From contig CAVPJW010000004.1 in assembly GCA_963705525.1 (NCBI GenBank), positions 64,789 through 128,788 of the forward strand: a DNA stretch of 64,000 nt. The letters run 5' to 3'. Positions 21,268 to 30,070 of the stretch are shown in pieces. Made by a program: the position numbers and the translations under genes. Source of the DNA: an uncultured Acidobacteriota bacterium (GTDB lineage: Bacteria; Acidobacteriota; Vicinamibacteria; Vicinamibacterales; CAVPJW01). The notes under the pieces were generated by a model. That model was given only the letters and a program-made list of their open reading frames with translations, was not told where the DNA came from and searched no databases. Within the stretch, counting starts at the first letter, position 1. Each line of letters begins with the position of its first letter.

Positions 21268-21549
21268 CTACTTGTACATCGTACCCAGGACCGCGCCAGC
21301 GTCCGCGTCTTCCACGACGGGCGTGGTTTCGAGCGGCAGAAACTCCGACCATTCGGCTACCCAGGCATAAAGGGCCTTGGCGTCCGTCGTCTCGACCACC
21401 GCGCAGCCCTTACCGCTCATGCCGTGCCAGCGACCGATCAGCTTGACTCCTGCCGGCGGCATGCCGCCGGCCTTGAGGAACCGCGCGACCGCCGGTCGAA
21501 ACGTCGCAGCCGGCAGGGACCAGGACACAAGAAACTTCATATCAGCCAT
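21268..21549 (-). CDS. DUF3303-like small protein
   Basis: 93 aa. MKFLVSWSLP...GVKLIGRWHGMSGKGCAVVETTDAKALYAWVAEWSEFL matches my recollection of the DUF3303 pattern. Confidence 0.55.
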   Translation of the reverse strand: MADMKFLVSWSLPAATFRPAVARFLKAGGMPPAGVKLIGRWHGMSGKGCAVVETTDAKALYAWVAEWSEFLPLETTPVVEDADAGAVLGTMYK

Positions 21550-21618
21550 CCTCCTGGCGGCGGAGTATATCCTGTCAGGTGGTGATAGCCGGTGAGGCTT
21601 TCGGGGACGCGAGGTCTG

Positions 21619-21888
21619 TCAGAAGAGGCCCGATTCGTCCGACGCGACCGGGGCATGGACTGATGGCGCGGCGATGCCAGCGACCAACTTGGAGAGTCGG
21701 TGCTCTTCCTGCCGGACCAGTTCCCGAACTGCCGCATTGTATTCGTCCAGCGTCAGGTCCGGAATCTTTCCCAGGAGAGAGGCGTACGGCACGCAGCGCT
21801 TGACGACGGCTTCAGTGGATTCCTGTTGCGCGAACACCGGAGAGGAGATCAACGCCGTGAGTACCAGGCCGAGTAGCGCTTTCTTCAT
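21619..21888 (-). CDS. Small secreted protein, unknown function
   Basis: The internal ATG at 21888 gives the signal peptide MKKALLGLVLTALISSPVFAQ. Confidence 0.45.
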   Translation of the reverse strand: MKKALLGLVLTALISSPVFAQQESTEAVVKRCVPYASLLGKIPDLTLDEYNAAVRELVRQEEHRLSKLVAGIAAPSVHAPVASDESGLF

Positions 21889-22166
21889 GACCCTCCGTAC
21901 TGAGACAAATCCCAAATCGAACCAACCGAGGCGCGGGCGCCTCATGTAGATCGTAAGCGGCCTCCTGGGAAGGGAAAATAGCACTGCCGGGCCAGCCCGT
22001 TCGGGCGATGGTAGACCCCGCCCATACGGGCGATACGCTGTCGCGTCATAATCAGCTCTCCTGTTCCAATGGTCGGCCGTCCTTCTCCCGCACCACGCGG
22101 CGCACGCCGCTCAGGGATGCCCCTGCATCTCCATGAGACGGTCACCCGGACCGCGGAGGCATACGA

Positions 22167-22776
22167 GTGGATACCCAGGAGGAGGCTCTCACACGCACGG
22201 CCTATCACGAAGCCGGGCACATTGTGATCGGGCACATCCTGGGGCTCGAGCACAGTCACGTCTCCATCGTGCCGAACGGCAACGTGCTCGGTGAAGCCCG
22301 GCTGGCGCGTCCGCTCGCCTGGCCCCGTGGCGCGCGAGCCCGCCAGACGTTCGCGGACAATCACGCGACGATGTTGTTACGCAGGTGCGGCGGCGGAACG
22401 CCATCGATTTGGTTCGATCACCGGAAGCGACGCGGACGATCGCGCGCACGCAGAGGCCCTGATCCTCACGCGGTCACACCACCGCCCGTGTCCCTCTGCA
22501 CGCGACCGCCTGGTCACGAAAGTCGGCAGGAAACTGGAAGCCCGCGCCACCCTTCTCGTTCAGCAGCATTGGGGCGGCATCGACCGCGTCGCCAGGGCGC
22601 TCATCGCGAGTCGGGCGCTGACAACCGACGACCTCCGCCCCTTGCTGAAAGACACGGAGGAGCTTTCGGACTGGGCCATCACGAGCTTCGTCGTGGCGGG
22701 ATCCTGGGTCACCGTGTGGCGGACCCGGCTTCGAATTCCGATCTACTGTCGTAGCGGTCCACAACAAACCCGGTAG
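22167..22776 (+). pseudogene. Stand-alone FtsH-like M41 metallopeptidase domain (no AAA+ module), frame break near 22365-22380
   Basis: ORF 22167.. reads TAYHEAGHIVIGHILG...VSIVPNGNVLGEA (HEAGH zinc motif). The continuation YAGAAAERHRFGSITGSDADDRAHAEALI...VARALIASRALTTDDLRPLL is in ORF 22291..22776. Confidence 0.55.
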
Positions 22777-23078
22777 CGTGTTTTTCGACACTCACAGGCC
22801 ATGCGACGTCCCTGAACGGATCATTCCTCGACGGGACCACGAGAGCGATACTTTCGGATGGCCTGGCGAAACAGCCTGCTCGGGCCGACGGCCGGTCGTT
22901 CTCGAGATTCATTCGTCTCTGACATCACTCACCCGCTCGCGGACACCAGGCTTCCCGCGGCCGTCGACAGACCCTCATTTGGAATCGATACTGGATCAAG
23001 CGGAGCTCCTCTAAGGACCGTTCGACCGGCCTTGGATCTGCTCGAGACCGCGCGCCGATGCGATAGAATCAGCGGCGC

Positions 23079-24098
23079 ATGACCTCCGGGCGGCCTCGCT
23101 ATTCGGTCGTCATCCCCGTCTACAACAGCGCCTCGATCGTCGGGGAGACAATCGAACGAACGCTCGCCGTCTTCAGGCATCTCGGCCAATCCTGCGAAGT
23201 AGTCCTGGTCAACGACGGCAGCACCGACCGAGCCTGGCAAGTCCTCGAAGAGAAAGCGCTCACGCACCACAACGTCGTCGCAATCAATCTCCTGAAGAAT
23301 TACGGTCAGCACGCCGCGATCCTGTGCGGGTTTCGACAGAGCTCGGGCGATTGGGTCGTCACGATCGACGACGACCTGCAGAATCCGCCCGAAGAGATTG
23401 CGCAGCTGATTGACGGTGCGAACCGCGGCCACGACGTGGTCTGCGGCCGTTTCCGGCAAAAGCACCATCCGCTCTACAGACGACTCGCCAGCAAGATCAT
23501 CGGCCGCCTCGATCGTCACGTGTTTCACAAGCCCAAGGGACTGGCCCTCACGAATTTCCGCATCGTCCGCCGCGATGTGGTCGATCGAATCATCGCTTAC
23601 CCGACGGCTTATCCTTACATTCGCGGCTTGATGCTGCTCTGCTCTACCAATCCGGCTGATGTCTGGGTCGAGCATCAACCGCGACCCGGCGGCGGCACCA
23701 GCTACACCCTCACAGGATTGCTCAGCTTGGTGGCCCGGATCGTCTTCAGCTATTCAACACTGCCTGTTCGCGCGGTGCTGGCATGCGGAGTGTCGCTCAT
23801 CTTTCTGAGCGCGCTGGTCGGTTTGTCCTTGCTCGTGCGTGTTTGGACGATGCCACAGTCAGCGATAACACCGTGGCTATGGCTCTTCACGTTCATCGCG
23901 CTGCTGAGCGGCGTGACGATTACCGCCGTCGGCATCGTTGCCGAGTATCTGGTGGGTCTCGCGCGTCAGGGTCGGCCACACTATCACGTGCAGCAGGTTG
24001 TAGGTGCCGATCGTCGAATGGCCCCAGACCCCAGGAGCGATGATCGGCAAGAGGTGATCAGATCTGTGCGACAGGGGTTCTGCTCGGCAGGCCGATAA
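23079..24098 (+). CDS. GT2 polyprenyl-phosphate glycosyltransferase (ArnC/DPM1-like) with C-terminal TM helices
   Basis: RYSVVIPVYNSASIV...VVLVNDGSTD...VVTIDDDLQNPPEEI, then two hydrophobic helices. Confidence 0.85.
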   Translation: MTSGRPRYSVVIPVYNSASIVGETIERTLAVFRHLGQSCEVVLVNDGSTDRAWQVLEEKALTHHNVVAINLLKNYGQHAAILCGFRQSSGDWVVTIDDDLQNPPEEIAQLIDGANRGHDVVCGRFRQKHHPLYRRLASKIIGRLDRHVFHKPKGLALTNFRIVRRDVVDRIIAYPTAYPYIRGLMLLCSTNPADVWVEHQPRPGGGTSYTLTGLLSLVARIVFSYSTLPVRAVLACGVSLIFLSALVGLSLLVRVWTMPQSAITPWLWLFTFIALLSGVTITAVGIVAEYLVGLARQGRPHYHVQQVVGADRRMAPDPRSDDRQEVIRSVRQGFCSAGR

Positions 24099-24918
24099 GT
24101 GCCCGGGCCTCGTCGGCCGACGCGGGCTCGCGCTCTGCGGCACGGGCAAGCGTCACGAGTCTCGCGACCAGCGCGGGGTTGGTGGCGAGCTGAGTCTTGC
24201 TGGCATTCATGTACAGGTTGTCTTCGAGGCCGACACGCACATGGCCACCCATGGTGATAGCCAGCGAGTTCATTGAGAACTGATAGCGCCCGATGCCGGC
24301 CGCGGCCCAGGTTGCACCTGCGGGCAATGCCTGAACCAGAAACGCGAGGTTGAGAGGCGTCGCGCTCAAAGTACCGAGCGACCCGAGCAGCAGATTCAGA
24401 TAAATCGGGCCGCCCACCACACCGCGCTCGATCAGATACTTCGCATAGTCGACCATCCCGGCGTCGAAGACTTCGAGCTCTGGCAGAATTTCACGCGCCC
24501 GCATCTTCTCAGCCAGCCGCGCGATCATCGTCGGGTCGTTGATGGACGCCTGCTTAGGAAAGTTCATGGAGCCGAGCGTGAGCGAGGCCATATCGGGCTT
24601 CAGGTCGTCTGACAGATCCAGTACTTCGGCGCGCTCCTCGAATGTCTTGAACATCCGACCGCTCGTGGAGACGCACACAATGGAATCCGGACAAGACTGG
24701 CGGACGGCTCCGACAATCTCTCGATAGACCTCGAGACGATAGGTCGGCGTTCCGTCGGCGTCTCGTGCGTGCAGATGAAAGATCGTCGCGCCGAGGTTCT
24801 TGCAGCGTCTGCAGTCCTCCGCGATTTCCCGTGCGCTAATTGGCACGTACGGGGAGTCCCGCTTCGTCGGGACCATGCCCGTCAACGCCACGTTAATGAC
24901 CAGCTTGGAACCAGCCAA
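24058..24918 (-). CDS. BKACE-family enzyme (3-keto-5-aminohexanoate cleavage enzyme-like, DUF849)
   Basis: VINVALTGMVPTKRDSPYVPISAREIAEDCRRCKNLGATIFHLHARDADGTPTY. Convergent with the GT2 3-prime end, overlapping it by 41 nt. Confidence 0.8.
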   Translation of the reverse strand: MAGSKLVINVALTGMVPTKRDSPYVPISAREIAEDCRRCKNLGATIFHLHARDADGTPTYRLEVYREIVGAVRQSCPDSIVCVSTSGRMFKTFEERAEVLDLSDDLKPDMASLTLGSMNFPKQASINDPTMIARLAEKMRAREILPELEVFDAGMVDYAKYLIERGVVGGPIYLNLLLGSLGTLSATPLNLAFLVQALPAGATWAAAGIGRYQFSMNSLAITMGGHVRVGLEDNLYMNASKTQLATNPALVARLVTLARAAEREPASADEARALIGLPSRTPVAQI

Positions 24919-25263
24919 TGCTCGGCGTCCTCAGGATAGAGTCCTTTGGAGCGACATTCTCGCACGAAGACGTCGCCCACTGCAGCCAAAAGTCCGGTCG
25001 TGGCATACTCTCGAACGCTCATTCCCATTACCGCGGCCCACTGGCGATCCTTTCGAATTTCATGGCTAACTCGCCTCTCCAGCCGGCCCGGATCTCGCAA
25101 CCTTCCTGGTGTCGTGGACCGACCGCGGATCGGGAGTCAGCCGGACGCTCTGGGCGGTCGCGGTAGGTAGGCATTCATGCCGACCAGACTGACACAAGTC
25201 CGACTATGCAAACCCCGCGTGCATATTGAATACGTTGCGAAGATCATTCGTGAAGGATGGTAG

Positions 25264-25905
25264 ATGAAACAGCCCGTGCTCATTCTCGGAACGCGGCTGC
25301 TTGCAGTTGAGGTGATGGACCTTATCGGCGACATGCCAGACTACGAAGTCGCGGGGTTTGTGGAGAACATGAACCGCGAGGTCTGCGGCCAGACGCTCGA
25401 GGGATATCCGATCTTCTGGGTGGACGACGTGCGCAAATGGGCCGATACGCACGTCGCCGTTTGTGCGCTCTCGACGACACACCGGCGACGATACGTCGAG
25501 CAAGTCTCGAGTCTGGGCCTGCGGTTTGCGACCTTCATTCATCCAACGGCGCGGGTTTCGTCGCGTGCCACTCTCGGTGAGGGTTGTTTCGTCAGCGCAA
25601 TGGCGACAATAGCCACGCACGCCACGCTGGGCCGAAGCGTCTTCGTCAATCGCGGAGCCTTGATTGGACACCACACGACGATTGGCAACTACTGCACGAT
25701 TCAGCCTGGCGCCAACGTCGCCGGCGCCATCACCATCGGCGAGGGAACCTATGTCGGCATGGGTGCGATCGTGCTCGAGCGGCACACCATCGGCAAACAT
25801 TGCGTGATTGGCTCCGGCGCGGTGGTGACCGGCGACTTGCCCGATCGGGTCCAAGTCGTCGGTGTTCCCGCCAAGATCGTCAAGACCGGGATCGAAGGCA
25901 AGTGA
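25264..25905 (+). CDS. NeuD/PglB-type sugar acetyltransferase (left-handed beta-helix)
   Basis: N-terminal Rossmann-like VLILGTRLLAVEVMDLI, followed by hexapeptide repeats (IGNYCTIQPGANVAGAITIGEGTYVGMGAIV). Confidence 0.8.
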   Translation: MKQPVLILGTRLLAVEVMDLIGDMPDYEVAGFVENMNREVCGQTLEGYPIFWVDDVRKWADTHVAVCALSTTHRRRYVEQVSSLGLRFATFIHPTARVSSRATLGEGCFVSAMATIATHATLGRSVFVNRGALIGHHTTIGNYCTIQPGANVAGAITIGEGTYVGMGAIVLERHTIGKHCVIGSGAVVTGDLPDRVQVVGVPAKIVKTGIEGK

Positions 25906-25923
25906 ATCTGTCTTCGACCTGAT

Positions 25924-27483
25924 GTGCCCATGATGACGCACGAGGACGACCCGTCCGTGAAAGCCAGCCGTCGAGGTGTCGCCGCGCGCCTCGACACGCC
26001 GCGTGTCGCCGTTCCTCTGCTTCTCGTCCTCGCGATGGCGCTGCGCCTCCACAACCTGAGCGAAAGTCTGTGGTTCGACGAGGTTGTGTACTCGACGCAT
26101 TATCGAACTCCGAGTGTCGATCGACTTTGGGCACTGGTCATGAAGATTCCAGGCCCGCCTCTCTATCCGGTCCTAATGTACTCCTGGGTGTCTCTCGTCG
26201 GCGATCACGAGCTGATCGTGCGACTGCCGCCTTTATTATTCGGGCTTGGATCGATCGTCCTGACTTACTTCATCGCGAGGAGATTTCACAGGCCGTTCAT
26301 GCCGCTGCTGGCGGGACTTCTTCTTTGCTTCTCGCCCGTCCACGTGTGGTATTCGCAGGAAGCGACTCCGTACGCCATGACGATGTGTCTGCTGCTCACG
26401 GCCGTATTCGTCTGGCCTCGGTTGAGAACCCTGCCGTTCTCTCTGGCTGCCTACGCGGTCTACAGCGGCGCCCTGCTGATGGCCGTGCTTACTCATTACT
26501 ATGCGGCCTTCTTCCTGCTGCCCTTCACCCTGCTCGCATGGCGAACAGACAAGCCAATACGCCAGAAGGTGTTCCTGACGCATGCGGTGGTCGCCCTGTC
26601 GGTTGTCGCCTGGCTTGCCGTTCGTTACGCAAGCGGCCGCCTCATAACCTCGCCGCCGTCGCTCCGTCCATTCACACTGCTCGAGTGGTGGATGCTTTTC
26701 TTCCACTGGTTTCTGCAAGGCAATTCGATCTGGACGACGCTCCCGATTTACCAGTCTCTGACCTATCTAGTGAGTACGCCTCTGCTGCTCGTGATGCAAA
26801 TCGGCGCGGCGATCCTGGTGCTTCGCGGCCTCTGGCCAGATCGAGAGAAAGAGTCGCAGCTGCGGACGATGGAATTGACCCTTTACCTCGTCACGCTACC
26901 GGGCGTTCTCTACGTGCTGACGATCCTGGGGCTGAGCCACTTGTACAGAGAACGGTACGTAGTGTTCACCATTCCCTTCTTTGCGCTGGCGCTCGCAAGG
27001 GGTGCAACAGGGTTTTCGAGGGCAACGGTCAGAAAGGCCGTAGCCGGCGCCGTCGCGATGGCCTCAGTCGCGTCGTATGCCGCGTTCCTCGTCAAGGATG
27101 GGGCTTGGACCGTCTACAGACCGAACCCCGATTGGCGGCGCGCCGCGGCGTTTGTCCGTTCATTGAGCGATCGACCCGAACGCGTGATCATCATGGGCGG
27201 GGTGCCGCTGGACGACTTCGACTACTACCTTCGCAAGGAATGGCCGGATGGCCGACCACGCCTGCTCGGATACGCGTCTGATCGGTTCGAGCGTCTGCAG
27301 GCGGAAGGGCAACTCACGCAGCTCGTAGTGGTCAGGAACAGGTACTGGCGGGGCGATGGCGACAATGTCCTCGATAAGGTCATGCACGATCAGCGATTCC
27401 GCTTCACGACGCTCAATTCGTTCAATGGCGTAGACCTCTACATGTTCGTGCCTCGAAACACCGAGACGCCGATGGCTCAGTAG
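25924..27483 (+). CDS. Polytopic glycosyltransferase of the GT39/GT83 (PMT/ArnT-like) type
   Basis: LRLHNLSESLWFDEVVYS motif, about 11 predicted TM helices, and a soluble C-terminal domain. Confidence 0.75.
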   Translation: MPMMTHEDDPSVKASRRGVAARLDTPRVAVPLLLVLAMALRLHNLSESLWFDEVVYSTHYRTPSVDRLWALVMKIPGPPLYPVLMYSWVSLVGDHELIVRLPPLLFGLGSIVLTYFIARRFHRPFMPLLAGLLLCFSPVHVWYSQEATPYAMTMCLLLTAVFVWPRLRTLPFSLAAYAVYSGALLMAVLTHYYAAFFLLPFTLLAWRTDKPIRQKVFLTHAVVALSVVAWLAVRYASGRLITSPPSLRPFTLLEWWMLFFHWFLQGNSIWTTLPIYQSLTYLVSTPLLLVMQIGAAILVLRGLWPDREKESQLRTMELTLYLVTLPGVLYVLTILGLSHLYRERYVVFTIPFFALALARGATGFSRATVRKAVAGAVAMASVASYAAFLVKDGAWTVYRPNPDWRRAAAFVRSLSDRPERVIIMGGVPLDDFDYYLRKEWPDGRPRLLGYASDRFERLQAEGQLTQLVVVRNRYWRGDGDNVLDKVMHDQRFRFTTLNSFNGVDLYMFVPRNTETPMAQ

Positions 27484-27504
27484 CCAGCACTCATCCACGC
27501 GCCG

Positions 27505-27654
27505 CTATTCAGTAATCACCTTGTCCGACCATTGAACGAGTCCGACGAAGATCGCCGGATTCGCAAACGTCGCATTCTTGCCCGTCAAATCGGCCGAGGC
27601 GACCAGCCCCAGGCCAGGAAACGCGAAGAGCGATGCCAGAAATCTCCGCCTCAT
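27505..27654 (-). CDS. Possible 49-aa secreted peptide
   Basis: ATG at 27654, preceded by GGGAGG. MRRRFLASLFAFPGLGLVASA is signal-like. There is no other support. Confidence 0.3.
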   Translation of the reverse strand: MRRRFLASLFAFPGLGLVASADLTGKNATFANPAIFVGLVQWSDKVITE

Positions 27655-27834
27655 GCCATCCTCCCAACCCAATCTGCAGCGACGTCGGAATCTGCATACT
27701 TGGCGCAGCCGCCGACGCAAGCCGACGGAGAATAGTCGACGCGCGCGGAAAAGTCCCCGGTCCAATCGCGTTACGTGCGCTCACTCATCTGTGAAGGGCG
27801 ACGGCGGAGAGCGGCGAGCGTAGCCTGCGATAGA

Positions 27835-28293
27835 ATGCCAGAGGATATGGAAACGGCCACCGATTTTTGTCAGGTCGATGACGCGGGACAGCTCTTTATC
27901 TCGCCCGTGATTCAGCAGTGGCCCGCGGTGTCCGCGCACAATATCGACACGGTAATCGACCTCGAAGGCGGACTCGACGATGGCGTTCCCACCACCCCCG
28001 GAGGCTGTCTCTATATCTACTTCCCTATCTACGACGACAACCTCCCCAACCTGGCGCGTCTGCAGGCGGTCGCTTCACTCGGCGCCGAGCTCATCCGGGG
28101 CGGGCACCGTGTGCTTTGTCATTGCAGCATGGGCTTCAATCGGTCGGCGTTGATGGCCGGCGCCATCATGAATCGGCTGGGCATGCCGGGTCGTCAGATC
28201 GTCGACCAGCTTCGCCAGCGCCGACCGGGCGCTCTGTTCAACGAGACGTTCGCGGCTTACCTGAATTCTCTCGTCTCAGAGACGGGTTCCTAG
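27835..28293 (+). CDS. Dual-specificity (Cys-based) protein phosphatase
   Basis: The CX5R P-loop HCSMGFNRS. The start is taken at MPEDMETA; the ORF opens at 27775. Confidence 0.7.
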   Translation: MPEDMETATDFCQVDDAGQLFISPVIQQWPAVSAHNIDTVIDLEGGLDDGVPTTPGGCLYIYFPIYDDNLPNLARLQAVASLGAELIRGGHRVLCHCSMGFNRSALMAGAIMNRLGMPGRQIVDQLRQRRPGALFNETFAAYLNSLVSETGS

Positions 28294-29192
28294 CACGGTT
28301 CGTCAGCTGGATCGAGTGCCGTCACTCGTTGCGCGTCATCCGGCCAGCCACCGCCCAGGAACTGGTCGATCGACCGAAAGACTAAATCCCGCGACTCAAT
28401 CCATGGCGCGTGACCGGCGCCCGCCACGGTCACGAGCCGTCCGTTCGGCAGCCACATCGCCCACTCTCTCCCACCACCATAGGGTGCGCTGCGATCGCGC
28501 AGGCCGTGGATCGTCAGCACAGGTACACGAACCTCGCTGAGCCGCTCCGCGGTGAGCTCGAGGCGTTGCAGCGACGGCACGATGAACTCGATGAAGTATT
28601 TGAGCGCGCCGCGCTCGTTGGGCAGATCGCACCGGCCCCAGTCGGTGCGAGGCGCATCGTCTGGATTCGTGACGTACAGAAGCCGCAGAATGGACCATAC
28701 CTTCCGGCAGAACTCCTCGGGATCGTGCGCTGGCCGCTCCTTCTGCAGCTCCGCGAGCCGGCTGAAGACACTTCGTGAGGTTTCATCGACCCAGGAGAGG
28801 TGGGGCGGATACTGCTTGCCGTACTGCGGCGGCGAGGCCCCGATCTGAACGATGCGGCCGACGTGGGCGGGGTTTTTCAAGGCAGCCAGCACGACCGTGA
28901 CGCCTGCGTACGAGTGCCCGATCAGATCGACGGTTTCGGCGTCGAAGTGCCGCCGCACCACATCGAGATCATCCACATCCTGCTCAACGCCCCTGGTGAG
29001 CACCGAGCGCTCGGTCGTCGCATCCGATCTCCCGCGATTCCGGAGGTCGTAGAAGACGAGCGCGCGTCCGGGCGCGAGGCGTTCGAAATCGTCGACCAGG
29101 TGCAGGCCGTTCGGAACCAGGACGATTCGGGATCCATCGCCGCACGATTCGTAGAACAGACGGACGCCGTCGCCGAGGGTGACGAAAGGCAT
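28290..29192 (-). CDS. Alpha/beta hydrolase (proline iminopeptidase-like)
   Basis: Nucleophile elbow GHSYAG and C-terminal GAGHAPWIE. Confidence 0.75.
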   Translation of the reverse strand: MPFVTLGDGVRLFYESCGDGSRIVLVPNGLHLVDDFERLAPGRALVFYDLRNRGRSDATTERSVLTRGVEQDVDDLDVVRRHFDAETVDLIGHSYAGVTVVLAALKNPAHVGRIVQIGASPPQYGKQYPPHLSWVDETSRSVFSRLAELQKERPAHDPEEFCRKVWSILRLLYVTNPDDAPRTDWGRCDLPNERGALKYFIEFIVPSLQRLELTAERLSEVRVPVLTIHGLRDRSAPYGGGREWAMWLPNGRLVTVAGAGHAPWIESRDLVFRSIDQFLGGGWPDDAQRVTALDPADEPC

Positions 29193-29220
29193 GGTGATCC
29201 TCGAAGTTCTTGGTTCGAAT

Positions 29221-29256
29221 ACAAGAAAAGAGGCCGCCGGATACCCGGCGACCTCT
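29221..29256 (-). terminator. Rho-independent terminator after the peroxiredoxin gene
   Basis: On the minus strand: gaggtcgccgg, loop, ccggcggcctc (one mismatch), followed by cttttcttgt. Confidence 0.6.
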
Positions 29257-29285
29257 CAATCCTGCACGACAGATTCGAATTGCGA

Positions 29286-29945
29286 TTACTTCGGCTGCGG
29301 AACGATCCGAATATACGGACGCGGAGATTTCCATCCGTTCGGATACACCTTCTTCGCATCATCGTCCGACACGGATCCCGCGATGATGACATCCTGCCCC
29401 TGCTGCCAATTGACGGGCGTCGCGACCTTGTGTTTCGCCGTGAGCTGCAGGGAGTCGATGACCCGCAGCACCTCATCGAAGTTCCGTCCGGTCGTCATCG
29501 GATACACGATGAGGAGCTTGACCTTCTTGTCCGGTCCGATGACGAACACGTTGCGGACCGTCTGGTTGTCCGCGGGCGTCCGGCCTTCGGATGTACCGGC
29601 CGTGCTTGCCGGCAGCATCCCGTAGGCCTTCGAGATCGAGAGGTCTGTGTCGCCAATCATCGGATAGTTCGGCGCGTGGCCCTGCGTCTCTTTGATATCG
29701 TCGGCCCACTTCGCGTGCCGATCGACCGGATCGACGCTCAACCCGATGATCTTGGTATTGCGCTTGTCGAACTCCGGCTTGAGCTTGGCCATGTAGCCGA
29801 GCTCGGTCGTGCACACCGGCGTGAAATCCTTGGGATGCGAGAAGAGCACAGCCCACGAATCGCCGATCCAATCGTGGAACCGGATGCGCCCTTGTGTGGT
29901 ATCGGCCTCGAAATCTGGTGCGGTCTCACCGAGTGACAGTGCCAT
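29286..29945 (-). CDS. 1-Cys peroxiredoxin (Prx6-type)
   Basis: GETAPDFEADTTQGRIRFHDWIGDSWAVLFSHPKDFTPVCTTEL. Confidence 0.9.
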   Translation of the reverse strand: MALSLGETAPDFEADTTQGRIRFHDWIGDSWAVLFSHPKDFTPVCTTELGYMAKLKPEFDKRNTKIIGLSVDPVDRHAKWADDIKETQGHAPNYPMIGDTDLSISKAYGMLPASTAGTSEGRTPADNQTVRNVFVIGPDKKVKLLIVYPMTTGRNFDEVLRVIDSLQLTAKHKVATPVNWQQGQDVIIAGSVSDDDAKKVYPNGWKSPRPYIRIVPQPK

Positions 29946-30070
29946 AACTCCTCCAGTCGTGCGTGTGCAACAGAAATGCTAGTGTGAAATCGAGCGTCAC
30001 CGCAAGTCCCTCCAGTCCCGCCGTTTTTGTTCGGGAGGATCGAGAAAGACGCGGCTCCACTACGCGATCG

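Noticed and set aside
24882-25100. A 72-aa minus-strand ORF overlapping the start of the BKACE gene.
   Set aside because: It has no recognisable motif and no good ribosome-binding site. It overlaps a well-supported start by 37 nt.
29201-29216. gaAGTTCTTGGTTCGaa, resembling two units of the dnaE2-locus heptamer.
   Set aside because: There are only two units. A chance match of this size is plausible. I mention it only in case a genome-wide motif search is done.
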